Positions 1 through 7,559 are shown, numbered from the stretch's first letter. The stretch is DNA of 24,000 bases from Cytobacillus sp. Hz8 (GCF_042263505.1 NZ_JBHKFI010000012.1:34802-58801), one strand, 5' to 3'. The notes: generated from the sequence alone by a model not told the origin. Program-made: numbers and translations.

Positions 1-1
1 G

Positions 2-412
2 GAAAAAGGATTAGGAATGGTCAATGTACTTAATGTAAAAGACTATTTAAATCTTCCAAGTGATGTCTTTGTCGTGACCGAAAAAACCTATAATGAGAAA
101 AAGAAACTACTTAAGAAATTTATCGAAGCTTACCAAAAAAGTGCTGAATGGATGATCCAACAGCCTGAGGAAGCAGCAAAGCTTGCGAAGCAATATGCTA
201 TTGATGGAAAGGATGAAAAACGGAATTTAGAAATCATTCAAATTCGGAATGAATCAAGTATTTCAGATGTAACGAAGAAAGAAGGATTAGGAGCACTTGA
301 TTCTTTGCTTTTACAAAAGGGTGCTGACACGTATATGGAATTAGGTTTAATTCAAAAGAAGATTAATATGAAGAATGCAGTAACAGATGAATTTCTGCCA
401 ACACCAAATTAG
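2..412 (+). CDS. ABC transporter substrate-binding protein, NMT1/SsuA/TauA-like (C-terminal part; 5' end lies outside the window)
   Basis: The frame is open from base 2 with no stop before the listed ATG at 17, so the gene enters from the left edge. The C-terminal sequence (KKFIEAYQKSAEWMIQQPEEAAKLAKQY...) resembles NitT/TauT-family periplasmic binding proteins. The stop lies 4 nt before the next gene. Confidence 0.55.
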   Translation, partial: EKGLGMVNVLNVKDYLNLPSDVFVVTEKTYNEKKKLLKKFIEAYQKSAEWMIQQPEEAAKLAKQYAIDGKDEKRNLEIIQIRNESSISDVTKKEGLGALDSLLLQKGADTYMELGLIQKKINMKNAVTDEFLPTPN

Positions 413-415
413 GGG

Positions 416-1195
416 GTGGAATCTTTGGGGAAATTTAATCAAAAAAAAGTTCTTGTGACAGGCTCAAGCAGAGGAATTGGTGCAGCAATTGCCAAAGGAT
501 TCGCAAGTGAAGGAGCCATGGTCATTGTGAACTATCTTCAAAATGAAGAGGCTGCAGATAGGGTTGTAACCGATTGTATCAATCTTGGGGGAGATGCATG
601 GGCGATTCAATGTGATGTTACGAAGGAATTAGAGGTTGATAGACTAATAGAGGAAATAGAGCTTGAGGCTGGCTCATTAGATGTTGTGGTCAATAATGCC
701 TTTAAACCATATTTGTTTAACCCGGAAAAGCGAAAAAGGTTTACGGAGCTCACATGGAAGGATTATCAAGAGCAAATCGACGGGGCATTAAGATCGACCT
801 ATTATATTTGTCAAAGGGTCACATCATTAATGAATAAACAAATGAGTGGGAGCATTGTGAATATCGCAACCAATCTAGTCGAAAATCCAATCATTCCATA
901 CCATGATTATACAACAGCAAAATCTGCGTTAATTGGCTTTAGCCGTAACCTTGCTATGGAATTAGGTCCACTTGGGATTCGGGTGAATTGTGTTGCTCCT
1001 GGGTTAGTGTATCCAACTGATGCGAGCAGGGAAACAAAAGAAGAGGTGAAAGAATTGATTATCTCACAAACTCCGCTAAGAAGAATTGCTCAACCGGAGG
1101 ATATTGTAGGTCCGGTTCTTTTCCTGGCCTCAGACTGGAGTCAGTTTATTACCGGTCAGACCTTGATTGTTGATGGTGGTCTTGTTATGCGTTAG
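416..1195 (+). CDS. SDR-family oxidoreductase (FabG-like short-chain dehydrogenase)
   Basis: It has the cofactor motif VTGSSRGIGAAIA (TGxxxGxG), an NNAF motif and the catalytic YTTAK (YxxxK). The GTG at 416 sits inside the SD-like AGGGGGTGG at 411-419, so the TTG at 425 (MGKFNQKKVLVTG) is the more likely start. Confidence 0.9.
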   Translation: MESLGKFNQKKVLVTGSSRGIGAAIAKGFASEGAMVIVNYLQNEEAADRVVTDCINLGGDAWAIQCDVTKELEVDRLIEEIELEAGSLDVVVNNAFKPYLFNPEKRKRFTELTWKDYQEQIDGALRSTYYICQRVTSLMNKQMSGSIVNIATNLVENPIIPYHDYTTAKSALIGFSRNLAMELGPLGIRVNCVAPGLVYPTDASRETKEEVKELIISQTPLRRIAQPEDIVGPVLFLASDWSQFITGQTLIVDGGLVMR

Positions 1196-1392
1196 TACTA
1201 TGTTGTTAATTGAACAATTTCAGATCAATTCCTGATTATGATGGGTTCCATTCGCTAACAGGTTAAAATCGGGCTTCACATGTTTTGGAATTACAAGAAG
1301 AAGCTACAACTCTTGAAGAGACAGTAGAAAAAGGATATGAAAACCTAGTATATACAGTAGAGAATAGATGTAGAATTAAAAAAGTTAGAGGT

Positions 1393-1440
1393 AGGACGGG
1401 TTTCGAAAAGCATTATGAGAAACTCGTCCTGTTTTGTTTT
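1393..1440 (+). terminator. Rho-independent terminator (orphan, about 200 nt downstream of the SDR gene)
   Basis: A 12-bp stem pairs AGGACGGGTTTC (1393-1404) with GAAACTCGTCCT (1419-1430), including one G-U pair. It is followed by GTTTTGTTTT. Confidence 0.6.
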
Positions 1441-1567
1441 ATAGGATGGAAATTATATGAATAATATGAAAGTTTAGTAGAGATATTTTTACTAGGAAAA
1501 ATATAGTATGATGAATTTATCTATACAAGGATTTGTGGCTTATTAGGTTAAGAGGTGAAATAATGTT

Positions 1568-2680
1568 ATGAGATTAGTAAAGCTAGATCAATGCCCAGCT
1601 GGTGTGAAACTGGGAAAATCGATTTATAATGAAAATGGGGCTGTACTATTGGCACAAGGGACATATTTAACCAATAGTTTAATAGAAAGATTGAAGCAAT
1701 TTCATATATTTACCATACATATTGAAGATGAATTATCGGAAGGGATTGAAATTGTTGAATCAATTCCAGAAGAATTACGGATAGAAGCTCAAAATGTCAT
1801 AACAGAAGGTTTAAATGCAATTATTGAATTAAATACTAATTCCTCCAATTTCCAAGGGATGATGAAGTCAGGAAGAGCCGTAAGAAGTATGCAAAAAGTC
1901 TTTCGAGATTTATTAAATAGCTTAAATGAGAATCAAACTGCCTTAAATTTATTGGCAACAACAAAGGTCTACGAAAATTATGTCTACACACACAGTCTTA
2001 ACGTTTCAATTTATGCTTGCCAATTAGCCATTGAGAATGGCCTACCAATACCCAAAATTGAAGAAATTGGTTTAGCAGCAATGCTTCATGATCTAGGAAA
2101 ACTGCATATTCCAAGGGAAATAATTAACAAACCTGGGAAACTAACAGATGAAGAATATGCTTTGATAAAGACCCATTGTGAGATTGGATTTGATCTTGTC
2201 AAACAGGTTCATGAGATTCCGATACCGGTTTCTCATGGGGCATTACAACATCATGAAAGAATCGATGGTGCTGGTTATCCAAGGGGTTTAAAGGGCGAAG
2301 AGATTCATAAATATGCCAGAATCATCAGTGTGGCTGATGTGTTTGATGCAGTTACAAGTACCCGATCCTATCGGCAGGCTTTGTTACCGCACCAAGGAAT
2401 TGAAGTGTTATTTGGGGGATATGAGACTCAATTTGAGGGCAAACAAGTTCAGTTATTTAAAGAGTGTATAGCCATCTATCCTCCTGGATTAACGGTAAAA
2501 TTAAATGATGGTCGTACTGCGATAGTAACTAAATATAATTTTAATGCGGTTGGGCGTCCTGAAATAAGGATTATCAAGGACGAGGAAAATCAAGACATCC
2601 AGCCGTATGAGATCAATTTAGGAGATCCCAAACATTTAATACTAGAAATAGTTGAAGCTGATGCACTTTTGAATGTTTAA
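1568..2680 (+). CDS. HD-GYP domain protein (putative cyclic-di-nucleotide phosphodiesterase)
   Basis: It carries the HD motif (AAMLHDLGK) and the HHERIDGAGYPRGL (GYP) motif. SD GAGGTG at 1552-1557 lies 10 nt upstream of the ATG. Confidence 0.9.
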   Translation: MRLVKLDQCPAGVKLGKSIYNENGAVLLAQGTYLTNSLIERLKQFHIFTIHIEDELSEGIEIVESIPEELRIEAQNVITEGLNAIIELNTNSSNFQGMMKSGRAVRSMQKVFRDLLNSLNENQTALNLLATTKVYENYVYTHSLNVSIYACQLAIENGLPIPKIEEIGLAAMLHDLGKLHIPREIINKPGKLTDEEYALIKTHCEIGFDLVKQVHEIPIPVSHGALQHHERIDGAGYPRGLKGEEIHKYARIISVADVFDAVTSTRSYRQALLPHQGIEVLFGGYETQFEGKQVQLFKECIAIYPPGLTVKLNDGRTAIVTKYNFNAVGRPEIRIIKDEENQDIQPYEINLGDPKHLILEIVEADALLNV

Positions 2681-2813
2681 TTAAGGGAGAGCGGGTCTTG
2701 GCTTTCTCTCCTCTCTTATATTTTTCATATCAGATAATAGTCTAAATTCTACTTGAGAATATATGTTCCCCTGTGATAAACTATTAGTAAAAAAATACCA
2801 AGGGGTGACTAAT

Positions 2814-3062
2814 ATGGATAAAGTATCCTTTATTGCGTACGAGTTATACCATTCTACTAATGATGCAAACAATCGTAAAATGGCCCTGGAGCTTTTAAGA
2901 GGAGAGACGACTATAAAGGAAATTTCAAAAGATAAGGTACTTAAAGGCAGTGTGAATGCTGCACAGGAGAAGTATAAACGATTTGATTTTTTTTCACATT
3001 CCAATGAATATGCAGAAATTGTTTCTTTTATAGAAGAACATTTCTACTCAGCACCTATGTAA
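2814..3062 (+). CDS. Hypothetical small protein (82 aa from the internal ATG)
   Basis: The track ORF is 2763..3062. The ATG at 2814 is preceded by AAGGGGTGA at good spacing, while the ATG at 2763 has no SD. I recognise no family. Confidence 0.5.
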   Translation: MDKVSFIAYELYHSTNDANNRKMALELLRGETTIKEISKDKVLKGSVNAAQEKYKRFDFFSHSNEYAEIVSFIEEHFYSAPM

Positions 3063-3185
3063 AAACCTCAATGAACCCTCATCATTTTATTCTATTTTTC
3101 AATATATAATTTGTTTATTTCATGAATATTTATGTTATTTTAGGAGGAAGAACAAAATTAACTTTTAATGCAAAGGTGAATAATC

Positions 3186-3833
3186 ATGGCTCACAATATG
3201 AAAATAGACAAACCTAAGATCCCTCAAAACCTACTCCCAGCAAATTTTCAAGATATTTATTATGTAGAGGATCTCTATCTGAATAAATGCATCATAGCCA
3301 ATTGTGTAATTGATCGGGAAAAAATCGAAAAAATTCAATTCTCAGAAGTCGTTTTCCAAAATGTTACCTTCAGTGATGTTTGCTTTAAAAATATTGAATT
3401 AATAGATGCTATTTTTGAACATTGCGATTTATCCAATGCCGATTTAATGGAAGCCATTATGAGAAGGGTTGAATTTAAAGATTCGAAAATCCTTGGTGTT
3501 AACTTGGCAGAAGCCAATTTAGGAAGTGTCCTATTTGATGAGTGTAACTTAAACCTAAGTTCTTTTGGATATAGCAGCATGAAGCAAGTGAAATTCAATC
3601 AATGTTCCTTACGGAGTGCCGATTTTTATGAATGCCACTTTAATAAAGTAGACTTCGATCAGTGTGACCTTAATGATGTGAATTTTTCCCGAACACCACT
3701 ACGCGGGATTGATCTAAGCAATTCACAATTTGAAAGAATGAATGTTGAATTGGAAAATTTGGCGGGCTGTGAGGTTTCACCTGAACAAGCTATTGGCTTT
3801 GCAGCATTGATAGGATTGAAGATTAAAGAATAG
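3186..3833 (+). CDS. Pentapeptide-repeat protein, Qnr/EfsQnr-like (215 aa)
   Basis: It has continuous A(D/N)LxX-type pentapeptide repeats (CDLSNADLMEA, ANLGSVLFDECNLNLSSF, ADFYECHFNKVDFDQCDLNDVNF). Its size, its N-terminal P-rich lead-in and its C-terminal VSPEQAIGFAALIGLKI tail match my recollection of Gram-positive Qnr-like proteins. SD AAAGGTGA lies 6 nt upstream. Confidence 0.85.
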   Translation: MAHNMKIDKPKIPQNLLPANFQDIYYVEDLYLNKCIIANCVIDREKIEKIQFSEVVFQNVTFSDVCFKNIELIDAIFEHCDLSNADLMEAIMRRVEFKDSKILGVNLAEANLGSVLFDECNLNLSSFGYSSMKQVKFNQCSLRSADFYECHFNKVDFDQCDLNDVNFSRTPLRGIDLSNSQFERMNVELENLAGCEVSPEQAIGFAALIGLKIKE

Positions 3834-4003
3834 AAAACCATCAAGTGAATGGATGAATAATGGAAAAACCTACATTAATCGTGATGCTTTCTTGATCCAA
3901 ATGATACGATGCCCATTTTAAAATATAAAAGCGCTAATGTGTTTGCAACGATTATAGAAACAATTGAGCACTGCCGTTAAGGCTTAGTATGTTATATGAC
4001 GAG

Positions 4004-4038
4004 GAGATAAGGATAAAAATTCCTTATCTCTTTTTGTT
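4004..4038 (+). terminator. Rho-independent terminator
   Basis: A perfect 10-bp stem pairs GAGATAAGGA (4004-4013) with TCCTTATCTC (4021-4030). It is followed by TTTTTGTT. It lies 170 nt after the pentapeptide gene stop. Confidence 0.65.
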
Positions 4039-4642
4039 ACAGAAAAGAAGTCCGTGATTCTAAAGTTTTATTAAAATTTATATAAAAGCAACCGAATCAT
4101 ATTTCTGAAATTAGGAAATATGGCCAAGACCTGATAAGTCAAGCGAGTCTTTAAAGGAAGCTTGCGAAGGTACTTTGATTGGAGAATCAGAATATTTTTC
4201 AATCTCTTTAGCTTGGGGTTTAATTGATCAACAGCATGAATATTATCCACCCTCTAAATAATATTGGTGAATGAGAATCAATCTACTTTTTTGGGGAACA
4301 ATTCATGGCCTTTGTGAAATCGAATAAATTCATTTTAACTTAGAGACATCTTATAAAATACCTGTAACTTTATATTCATATCCTAAAGAAGCTATGGAGG
4401 TTACATAGTAAATATTTATTTATCATTCTATCGTAAAATAAGATGAGTTCAAAGGATTTAGTAAAATATTATTTACAATTCACTTCGGTAAATGGAGAGG
4501 TTTAAACGTAATCGGGGTTATGTGATTACATAAGAGAAAGGTGGAAGACAGCCTATTAAAAAAATAGTTGATTAGATTTTTCTTTTGATGATATGCTTGC
4601 ATGAAAGGTTAGGTTTATTTTTTAATAAAGGATAGTGTACTC

Positions 4643-5497
4643 ATGACCAATTTATTAATGGATAAAGAAAATGGTAAACCTCTGTATCAGGCAGAATGTG
4701 AAAAGTGTTTTGGATTGTGCTGTGTAGCCTTGCCTTATGCAAAATCTGCTGACTTTGCATTTGATAAAGACGGAGGGACTCCATGTCGAAATCTACAATC
4801 TAATTATCAATGTCAGATTCATCAAAATCTCAGAGAAAAGGGATTTCGCGGATGTGCAGTCTATGAATGCTTTGGAGCGGGACAAAAGGTTTCTCAGATA
4901 ACTTATAGAGGAAAGGATTGGCGAGAGGATCCAGAGCTAGCAGGAGAAATATTCGAAGTATTTCCGGTTATGCAGCAGCTACATGAAATGCTCTATTATT
5001 TACATGAAGCTTTACATCGTAATGAAACTCATACAATTTCTGAAGAATTATATAAAACTCTTAAAGAAATAGAGGAGCTTACGGCGTTGGGACCAAATGA
5101 AATAAGGAACCTAAATGTTCCAACTCATCGCGAAGGTGTGAATAAGCTATTTCTTGTAACAAGTGAGAAGATTCGTTCTAGAGTATCGAATAAGTCAAAA
5201 GTAGCTGACAAAATTAGCCAGATGCGAGAATTAATTGGTGCAAATTTACGAAGATCGGATCTTAGAGGAGTTAATTTAAGAGGGGCTTTACTGATTGCAG
5301 CTGATCTTAGAGAATCTGATTTGCGAATGGCAGATTTCATTGGCGCCGATTTACGGGATGCTGATTTGAGTGGTGCCAATCTTTCAGGAGCCATTTTTCT
5401 CACACAAGCACAAGTAAATTCGGCTAAGGGCGATGAGGCAACAATCTTACCCACAAGGTTATCAACCCCAATTCATTGGCTAACAAGGAATCAATAA
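4643..5497 (+). CDS. Cys-rich N-terminal domain (CxxCxxxCC, YkgJ-like metal-binding type) fused to a C-terminal pentapeptide-repeat domain
   Basis: The N-terminus reads CEKCFGLCC...PCRNL...CQIH...GCAVYEC. The C-terminus reads ANLRRSDLRGVNLRGALLIAADLRESDLRMADFIGADLRDADLSGANLSGAIF. Confidence 0.85.
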   Translation: MTNLLMDKENGKPLYQAECEKCFGLCCVALPYAKSADFAFDKDGGTPCRNLQSNYQCQIHQNLREKGFRGCAVYECFGAGQKVSQITYRGKDWREDPELAGEIFEVFPVMQQLHEMLYYLHEALHRNETHTISEELYKTLKEIEELTALGPNEIRNLNVPTHREGVNKLFLVTSEKIRSRVSNKSKVADKISQMRELIGANLRRSDLRGVNLRGALLIAADLRESDLRMADFIGADLRDADLSGANLSGAIFLTQAQVNSAKGDEATILPTRLSTPIHWLTRNQ

Positions 5498-5507
5498 GTA
5501 ATTTATG

Positions 5508-5556
5508 AAATAGGTGACCCCAAAATAATTGGGTCACCTATTTCATTTGTTATTTT
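5508..5556 (+). terminator. Rho-independent terminator
   Basis: A perfect 13-bp stem pairs AAATAGGTGACCC (5508-5520) with GGGTCACCTATTT (5531-5543). A T-rich tail follows. Confidence 0.75.
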
Positions 5557-5599
5557 AAAAAAAGTAGATTGGAAAAAACTATCATTAAATACAATTAAT

Positions 5600-5630
5600 A
5601 GGGGGAATGAAATGTCCTCCCTTTTTTTTA
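5600..5630 (+). terminator. Second hairpin plus T8 tract (possible back-up terminator)
   Basis: AGGGGGA (5600-5606) pairs with TCCTCCCT (5615-5622) with one bulge. It is followed by a run of 8 T. Confidence 0.4.
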
Positions 5631-5761
5631 AAATAAGAAAAGGGCGAAGCCTTCTTCAAGCATCACCCATAATAGTATTTTGCGATATTCTTAATTATAT
5701 TCTCTGGAGATTGTATTCATTGTTTTTCTCTAGTTGAGTTTGCCTCAATAATGCCATGTTC

Positions 5762-6901
5762 TTAATGTAATACCCTAGCTGCACTAGAAAAGGAAGACGG
5801 ATTATAACTGGCAATTCTCACAACATCACCCGTATGCGGTGCATGGATAAATTGGCCGCCGCCAATATAAATGCCTACATGATAAGCTGGATTTCCCATA
5901 AAGACCAAATCGCCCGGTTGAACTTGACTCGGAGAAATTCTCGTTCCAACATTTTGCTGAGCCGAAGATACCCGCGGAAGACTAATGCCAATAGAACGAT
6001 AGACATAGGAAGTGAATCCCGAACAGTCAAAACCTTTTGGTGTGGTTCCTCCCCAAACGTAAGGAACACCCAAATATTGTTTTGCAACTGCAATAAGCTT
6101 ATTCGCTGTCGATAAGTCGGTTTGTTTGTTTACGTTAGATGATAGTGTTGATTGGGAACTGTTGTCCACGAACGATTGCTGTACTTTTTGGACTACTTGA
6201 GTTTGTGACTGAGATGATTGGGCTGATGTTGCCTGCTGCACCTGCTGCACCTGCTGCAGAGCCAATTGGTTCTGTTGGTCTTTCAATTTAGTTTTCGCGT
6301 TGGCTAATTCTTTTGTTACTTCTTGTTTATCTGCTTCAATCTGTTTTTGTTGAGATACTAATTCACTTTGACTCTTCTGTAAATTTTCGATACCGTTATG
6401 TAATTTTTCCTCGGAATCTTTTAACGCTTGTTCCTTTTCTTTTAAACTATTCAATAAGTCTATGTCACTTTGAATGAATTCTGAAATAGCGGTAGAACGA
6501 GTTAAAAATTCGGATAGGTTATTAGATGAAAACAAAAACTCAACATAGGTAATAACTGGCTGTTGTCCTTGTGATTGAATGCTTCTTAGTCGCTCAGCAT
6601 AGACCTTTTTGTGGGCATCTAAGTCTTTTTTGGCTTCTTCAATTTCAACTTTTGTTTGTGCAATTTTCCCTTGTTGCTCTTTAATATGTATGTTTAGTTT
6701 TTGGCTTTTATCCATTGCCATGCTAATTCGGTTATCTAATTGTTCAATCTTCATTTCAAAGTTACTGATTTGTTCCTGTGTTGTACCGATTTGTTTATTT
6801 GATACGGATGAATCTACCGGACTTGCAAAAACAGGAGTTGCCATTATCATAGCAGCTAAAACGGAAGATGAAGCCGTATATAAAAATGATTTCGCTCTCA
6901 T
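5762..6901 (-). CDS. cwlO: CwlO-like secreted peptidoglycan DL-endopeptidase (N-terminal coiled coil plus C-terminal NlpC/P60 domain)
   Basis: It has a signal peptide (MRAKSFLYTASSSVLAAMIMATPVFA). A long coiled-coil region follows, including RLRSIQSQG...LSEFLTRSTAISEFIQSDIDLL, which resembles B. subtilis CwlO. The C-terminal NlpC/P60 core is GVPYVWGG...FDCSGF...HVGIY. SD AAAGGAG is upstream. Confidence 0.8.
   Translation of the reverse strand: MRAKSFLYTASSSVLAAMIMATPVFASPVDSSVSNKQIGTTQEQISNFEMKIEQLDNRISMAMDKSQKLNIHIKEQQGKIAQTKVEIEEAKKDLDAHKKVYAERLRSIQSQGQQPVITYVEFLFSSNNLSEFLTRSTAISEFIQSDIDLLNSLKEKEQALKDSEEKLHNGIENLQKSQSELVSQQKQIEADKQEVTKELANAKTKLKDQQNQLALQQVQQVQQATSAQSSQSQTQVVQKVQQSFVDNSSQSTLSSNVNKQTDLSTANKLIAVAKQYLGVPYVWGGTTPKGFDCSGFTSYVYRSIGISLPRVSSAQQNVGTRISPSQVQPGDLVFMGNPAYHVGIYIGGGQFIHAPHTGDVVRIASYNPSSFSSAARVLH
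6232..6258. repeat. Perfect 9-bp x3 in-frame tandem repeat inside the cwlO-like linker
   Basis: CCTGCTGCA occurs at 6232-6240, 6241-6249 and 6250-6258. On the coding strand this encodes the QQV QQV QQ stretch of the Q/S-rich linker. Confidence 0.9.
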
Positions 6902-6996
6902 GAATAAATCTCCTTTTACGCCTATAATAAATTCGTACTATCAATTATTACTAGTGTATATTCCAAATGGTAGATAGACAATGGATCTGCCGGTAA

Positions 6997-7043
6997 TGTA
7001 ATGAAATTGTTGGTGATGTAATAATTTTGTAATATTTTGTAGA
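6997..7043. promoter_or_regulatory. Cluster of WalR (YycF)-type direct-repeat boxes upstream of the cwlO-like gene
   Basis: TGTAAT-aattt-TGTAAT (7017-7033) fits TGT(A/T)A(A/T/C)-N5-TGT(A/T)A(A/T/C) exactly. It is flanked by TGTAAT-gaaat-TGTTGG (6997-7013) and TGTAGA (7038-7043). The cluster lies 96-142 bp upstream of the start codon at 6901. Confidence 0.5.
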
Positions 7044-7113
7044 AACCTCTGAGATTATAGTGCCTGACACCATCTAATGCTGTTGGTTTATGTCGAAAAG
7101 CCATATGGAATGA

Positions 7114-7153
7114 ACAAAAAAAGGAGTCAGCTTCTAATGATGAATCTGACTCT
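7114..7153 (-). terminator. Rho-independent terminator of a decayed minus-strand gene
   Basis: On the minus strand GAGTCAG pairs with CTGACTC (plus-strand 7124-7130 and 7146-7152). It is followed by CTTTTTTTG, which is the A-run 7116-7122 on the plus strand. Confidence 0.55.
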
Positions 7154-7174
7154 ATCAATTTAGATAGTGAATGG

Positions 7175-7249
7175 TTACTTTTGCAGTTGAACCAATGATG
7201 CCGCCCCGATGACTCCAGCATCATTATCTAACTGGGTCAGCTTATACAT
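7175..7249 (-). pseudogene. Possible C-terminal remnant of a ROK-family sugar kinase/regulator
   Basis: The short frame MYKLTQLDNDAGVIGAASLVQLQK* contains the (G)NDAGVIGAA signature typical of ROK C-termini. It ends just before the terminator above. Upstream sequence (7250-7440) reads as protein-like text broken by stops and frame changes. Confidence 0.3.
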
Positions 7250-7503
7250 CTGTTTTAACGCTTGAGATTAATTGTTCTTTTTCCAACCATTCAATGTTCT
7301 CTAATTTTTCTTTTTCATTTAATTCTTCATATTAATTCATCATGAACATTGTGGAAAACTGGTGTTCAAAAATATCATCTGCAGTTTGATTGTTGGCATG
7401 ATTTTCTCATTCATTTGTTAATCAAATAATTCTCTAAGAGGAACCTATGTAAGGAATTTAACTGGGTGCGTCATTCTAATACATAATAAGTAGAATTCAT
7501 TAT

Positions 7504-7559
7504 AGAATATTGGAATATAATTGTAAGTATCAGAATATTGAAATATAATTGCGAGTATC
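7504..7559 (+). repeat. Tandem 28-bp direct repeat (2 copies, 25/28 identical) immediately upstream of the 7591 gene
   Basis: The copies are AGAATATTGGAATATAATTGTAAGTATC (7504-7531) and AGAATATTGAAATATAATTGCGAGTATC (7532-7559). Each copy contains TATAAT. Confidence 0.9.
7521..7549 (+). promoter_or_regulatory. Candidate sigma-A promoter formed across the repeat junction
   Basis: The -35 is TTGTAA (7521-7526), the spacer is 17 nt, and the -10 is TATAAT (7544-7549). It lies about 40 nt upstream of the ATG at 7591. Confidence 0.45.

Noticed and set aside
2681-3004. A 107-aa minus-strand ORF opposite the small plus-strand gene.
   Set aside because: It has no SD and would run head-on into the HD-GYP terminator region. 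The plus-strand ORF has a proper SD.
5125-5454. A 109-aa ORF antisense to the pentapeptide-repeat region. Similar antisense ORFs lie at 3335..3598, 3659..3844, 5834..6115, 5875..6093, 6609..6977, 8792..9016, 9071..9412, 10114..10332, 10749..10976, 11652..11906, 12886..13107, 13456..13689, 17812..17997, 18480..18683, 22806..23000 and 23308..23520.
   Set aside because: All are embedded in or opposite to well-supported genes. They lack SDs and have low-complexity or repeat-mirroring sequences. They are typical shadow ORFs.
7092-7098. A perfect Spo0A box (TGTCGAA) upstream of cwlO.
   Set aside because: A single 7-mer is expected by chance a few times in 24 kb on two strands, and there is no second box or supporting context.
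6922-7224. A 100-aa minus-strand ORF upstream of cwlO.
   Set aside because: It has no SD and an implausible composition (MMLESSGRHHWFNCKSN...). It spans a terminator hairpin and is out of frame with the ROK-like remnant text. I treat it as an artefact of a decayed region.
6902-7260. A c-di-AMP (ydaO-type) riboswitch or T-box leader upstream of the NlpC/P60 gene.
   Set aside because: Cell-wall hydrolases are often preceded by ydaO riboswitches. However, I could not find the conserved ACGGGG/GGGGACCCA/CCCGAACC-type blocks or a T-box sequence. The hairpin present is better explained as the terminator of a remnant gene.
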